Positions 59,301-64,000 of a stretch of 64,000 bases of DNA are shown here, in pieces. The stretch comes from Eledone cirrhosa (taxonomy: Eukaryota), in assembly GCA_964016885.1 (NCBI GenBank), contig OZ024745.1, positions 61,752,001-61,816,000 on the forward strand. The letters are read 5' to 3'. The notes below the pieces were generated by a model. That model did no database searches. It was given only the letters and a program-made list of their open reading frames with translations, and had not been told where the DNA came from. The first letter of the stretch is position 1. Every line of letters starts with the position of its first letter. The position numbers and the translations under genes were made by a program.

Positions 59301-60332
59301 GGACTAAAAATTTCAAAAGTTCCATTTACTGCTGAAATGAAAAACACAGAAAAATCAAAGCAGGTAAAAGTAACTGCAAAGAAAGAACTGCTACAGAAAC
59401 TGGCTAAGAAATGGGTAGAAAAGCCTCTGTATGGAAAATACCCAGAAAGAGCTAACAATCCTGATGTTGACAAAACTTTAACCCATCAGTGGTTGGCATC
59501 CTCTGGACTGAAATCGGAGACTGAAGGACTGATTATATCAGCACAAGATCAGTGTCTGCCAACAAAAAATTACAAAGCCAACATAATAAAAAATGGATGC
59601 AACCCATTATGCCGTGTATGTAAAAAACAACCAGAGACCATTGATCATATAATTTCAATGTGCAGTCCTATAGCACCAACCGAATACCTAAACAGGCATG
59701 ACAGAGCTGCACAATACATACATTGGATAATGTGTAAGCATTTTGACCTGCCCCATCAAAAGAATTGGTGGGAGCATCAACCACCACCCATACTTGAAAA
59801 AGATCACATCTCAATCTTGTGGAACTTTAGCATCCAAACAGACCGAAAAATAGATGCAAATAGACCTGATATAATACTGAAGGATTTTAAAAAGAGGGTA
59901 TGCCTGCTAATTGATATGTCCGTTCCAATAGACAAGAATGTATCTATAAAAACATTTGAAAAATTGAGCAAGTATAAGTACCTGGAGATAGAAATTGGAA
60001 AAATGTGGAAATTGAGAACTAAAACAATACCAGTGGTTGTAGGCGCTCTAGGAATGATACCTAAGGGGTCTAATGATTACTTATCGCAAATCCCAGGAAA
60101 TAAACCCGCGTATAGGAGAAATACAAAAGATAGTTCTAATGGGAACTGCCCATCATATACTAAGAAAGATTCTGTCAATATAAGTACATCACAAGTCTAA
60201 ACACCTAAAGATGCACGTGTGTGTATGTATGTATGTTCTTTCTTGAACATGGCGGACCTTGTTGTCTCTTGAGGTCACTGGTTGTGACTTGGTGATAACT
60301 CGTAAGAACATAAAGCAAGATAAATGCAACTG
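56391..60332 (+). mobile_element. Near full-length R4/Dong-clade non-LTR retrotransposon (RT + CCHC + REL endonuclease), disrupted
   Basis: N-terminal REKWSREDN; RT motifs WKSPGKD, RPITCL, EQKGC, GIFQGDSLSP, FYMDD and YKYLG; CRVC..ETIDHIISMC, RHD, RPDII, KLSKY and PVVVGALG. Flanked by (TAA)n on both sides; several stops and frameshifts. Confidence 0.9.
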
Positions 60333-60362
60333 TAATAATAATAATAATAATAATAATGATAA

Positions 60363-62715
60363 TTGAATATGGGAGCAGGATGTGGAACACAATAGTCAGG
60401 CAGTGTGGATTAAGACAGTGCGAAAGGAGATTAGTGAACAAGCACACCAACAAACTGATTTGAGTATCACAGTTGAAACTCTTAAAGGCAGGCCAAAAAA
60501 CTAACCAACTGGAAATCACCAGGCCCAGATGGTGTGCAGGGGTATTGGATTAAAAGTATAACATTCTTCCACCCGAAACTGACAACCATGTTCAATGACT
60601 GCTTGATGTCGGGTGAGGTACCAGAGTGGTTGACAAAAGGTACCACAGTTCTGGTAATGAAAGACCGAATCAAGGGTAATGATGTTACTAACTATAGACC
60701 TATCACATGTCTGTCCGTAATGTGGAAACTGTTAACAAGCATTGTGTCTGAAGAAATCTACCATCACCGCCACATAAACGACTTGTTAATGGACGAACAG
60801 AAAGGATGCCGAAAGAAGTCCCGTGGTACAAACGACCAGTTACTTATTGATAAGATGGTAATGAGGAATTGCAAGAGGAGACATACAGGTCTTGCCATGG
60901 GATGGATAGATTACAAAAAGACATTCGACATGGTACCTCATTATTGGATAATCAAAAGCCTAGACATCTTCAAGGTGGCAGATAACATCAGACAGTTGTT
61001 GAGCAAAAGTATGAAGTCCTGGGAAACAGATTTAACATCGGGTGGAGAATCCTTGGGAAGATCAAGAGAGGTATCTTCCAGGGAGATAGTTTGTCCCCTC
61101 TGCTGTATGTCCCTGCCCTGATAGCTTGTCCATTATATTGCGAAAAGTGAGAGCAGGATACAAGTTGGGAAAAGGAGAGCTTACCATCAACCACCTCCTC
61201 TTCATGGACGATCTTAAACTCTTTGGGAAGAGTGAGAAGGAGTTGGATGTACTTGTTGACACTGTGCGTATTTTCAGCAATGATATATGTATGGAATTTG
61301 GTATTAATAAGTGTGGTGTCCTAGTGATGATGAGGGGTAAATTGAGCAGAAGCAACGGAACCCTGGTACCAACAAGTGAGATGATAAAGGAAATTGACAC
61401 TGAAGAAGGATACAAATATTTAGGTGTTCTGGAGGCAGATGACACCAAGAACAAAAAAATGAAGGAATTGATAAGATCTAAGTACATAAGGAGAGTAAGG
61501 AGCGTATTAAAATCACATCTAAATAGTAGGAATGTCATAAGTGCAGTGAATTCCCGAGCTGTGTCTATTATTAGGTACAGTGCGGGAATTCTGAAATGGA
61601 ATGTTGCTGAACAAAAAGAAATGGATAGGAAGACTAGGAAGCTATTGACTATCTACAACATGTTCTACAAGAGGAGTGATGTCGATAGACTCTACTTAAA
61701 AAGATCTGAAGGTGGAAGAGGTCTTATCAGCATAAAGGACTGTGTTCAGATGGAGAAAAACAACCTGCACAAATACGTGACTGACAGTAGGGAGCCAATG
61801 CTCAGAATTGTACTGAAGGAGAAGACAATAGACCAGGGGATGTCCAAGGAGGAAATAACAACAAGGAGGAAGAGCAACCTTCATGAAAAATCCCTTCATA
61901 GTACCTTCTTTAAGAAAACTGAATTTAGAAATCCACAGACATGGAACTGGTTAAAAAGAGGAGACGTTAAAAAGGCTACAGAAGGAATGCTAATGGCTGC
62001 GCAAGAGCAGGCCCTCAGAACGAAGTGGTTGAAACACCATATTTACAAGGAGGAGGCTAGCCCATTGTGTAGGATCTGTGGAGAGAGAGAGGAGACTGTG
62101 GCTCACATTGTATCCGAGTGTAAACACCTAGCCCAGACTCACTATAAAGGCTGGAGACATGATGTGATAGGCAGCGTGATCCACTGGCACCTATGCAAAG
62201 TAAACAATTTACCACATTCTGAGAAGTGGTATGAGCATAAGTCAGAGTCGGTGATAGAAAACGATCAGGTGAAGGTGCTGTGGGATTTTAGGATTCAGAC
62301 GGACAAGAAATGAGAACACAATAGGCCTGACATGGTGGTTTTGGACAAGGAAAAAATATCGCGCCGGATTGTAGATGTAGCCTGTCCATTTGACACGAGA
62401 GTGCAAGAAAAGGAGAGGGAGACAATTAACCAATACCGGGACTTAAAGTAGGAGGTAAAAAGGATTTGGAACTGCCATGAAGTCAGAGTCGTCCCGATTG
62501 TCATAGGCGCACTAGGTACTATTTCAAAGAGTTTCCAAGGATGCTTAAAGAAAATTAGTCCAGCCCCGCTTTTTGGAATACTTCAAAAGTCATGCTTGCT
62601 GGGAACAGCAAGAACCCTCCGATACGTCCTGAATATCTGAGGCTGCAGGTAGCGGCTTGATATTCATTTCAACAAACTTTCCAGTTAAATAACATCAATG
62701 ACTGAGACTCAAAGA
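60363..62715 (+). mobile_element. 5'-truncated second R4/Dong-clade element of a different family
   Basis: YRPITCL, EQKGCR, WIDYKKTFD, FMDD, YKYLG, CRIC..ETVAHIVSEC, RHD, RPDMV and PIVIGALG. Lies between (TAA)n tracts. Confidence 0.9.
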
Positions 62716-62743
62716 ATAACAACAATAATAATGATAATAATAA

Positions 62744-62910
62744 TAATTGTTTCTACTTTTGGCACAAGGCCAGCAATTACCCCAGTGCATTACTGGTGCT
62801 TTAAGGATGGAAGGCAAAGTTAATCTCGGCAGATTTGAATTCAGAACATAAAGGGACGTAACTATGCTTGAAAGCATGGCGTCCGACCCTCTACCGTACT
62901 GCCAACCCAC
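62744..62910 (-). mobile_element. SINE
   Basis: Consensus match with a small deletion. Confidence 0.88.
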
Positions 62911-63819
62911 AATAATAATAATAATGATAGCCACAGTAATAATTGAGAAATTACTTTCAGGATTCGACCTCATATCGTAGTTTCACTCTTCTACACAATT
63001 AAGCCATTCGACACAGATTTGATTGATATGTTATATGTTCGAATACTTTCCAATTTATATAACAATTATAGGTGTGACTGTATAAGGATGAATATTGAAA
63101 TAACAGATCTAATTTTCTCTGTTTACCAATAAAACAAAGCTGACATATTCTGCAATATAATATTCATTATTGTACTTTAGAAAATCCATATTTTACGTCA
63201 GAAATCAATATATTGTTGGTAATTTTATTGAGAAGACTTAATGAAAAAGTGCCAGATTTGTTTCTAAGCTACGATTTGAAGTTAGGCACTCAAAGTAAGA
63301 AATTGTGATCTGTTCTGTGTCTCAGAGTTCAGGAGCTGTTTGCCTTATAATATTACTTTTGCATAACATTAGCTAGTGACTAATAAATTTATATTAAAAT
63401 GAGTCCACAACTGTTCTTCGATTTCCTGTTATATATATATGTTTTGATATAAGTTTGACAAAGTTTGACAAGCGATGTTTCAATATCATTAATAGGGATT
63501 CGGGCTTTGTATATATGCTTTGTAAATACAAACGAAAGACACAGAACTCCAGGGTCATCGGCCGTTGAGATGTACTTTGACAGTTTAGGCCCCTACTAAC
63601 GGTACTGCTGGTCGACCCGGAGTCACAGCGTCTGACACAAGCCAAACGTTGTCCAGTAGAGTAAAAGACGAGAGGCAAAACATTAATTTATTGCAATTAA
63701 ACTACAAGTACACATAAAATGTTATGTGACGTTACAGTATGAAAGTCTCATAAAGGAAACAAAGAAGGAAAAAAGAAAGGAAGAAAAACATAACAAAGAA
63801 AGATATCGTTTTAAAAATG

Positions 63820-63845
63820 TAATATATATATATGTACATGTATTA

Positions 63846-63912
<67 letters not shown>

Positions 63913-63960
63913 CATATATGTATATATATATATATGTGTGTGTGCATATATATGTGTATG

Positions 63961-63993
<33 letters not shown>

Positions 63994-64000
63994 GTCTATA
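63820..64000. repeat. (CA)n/(TA)n microsatellite
   Basis: Direct reading. Confidence 0.95.

Overview
AT-rich, repeat-dominated eukaryotic DNA (intergenic or intronic). The microsatellite load and the SINE family suggest a cephalopod such as Octopus, which is an inference. No host protein-coding gene can be supported, and most ORFs in the track are translations of (TA)n/(CA)n/(TG)n or of a 32-bp minisatellite. Recognisable content: (1) a head-to-tail array of three L1/Tx1-type LINEs (one near full length) inside one (TATC)n tract, plus a fourth diverged copy on the minus strand; (2) two tandem R4/Dong-type RT+REL non-LTR retrotransposons inside (TAA)n; (3) about 20 copies of a tRNA-derived SINE; (4) MITEs; (5) a 2.5-kb minisatellite. 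The least expected signal, found by manual folding, is about 13 complete type I hammerhead ribozyme (HHR) folds plus several half-motifs from different families. They have the short, often palindromic helix III known from Penelope-like elements (PLEs), and they carry recurrent non-canonical core bases. Several sit at the outer tips of long palindromic non-coding elements or in short inserts with an inverted copy of their own ~40-nt tail, usually next to (TA)n. All folds were read by eye and none has been tested for activity.
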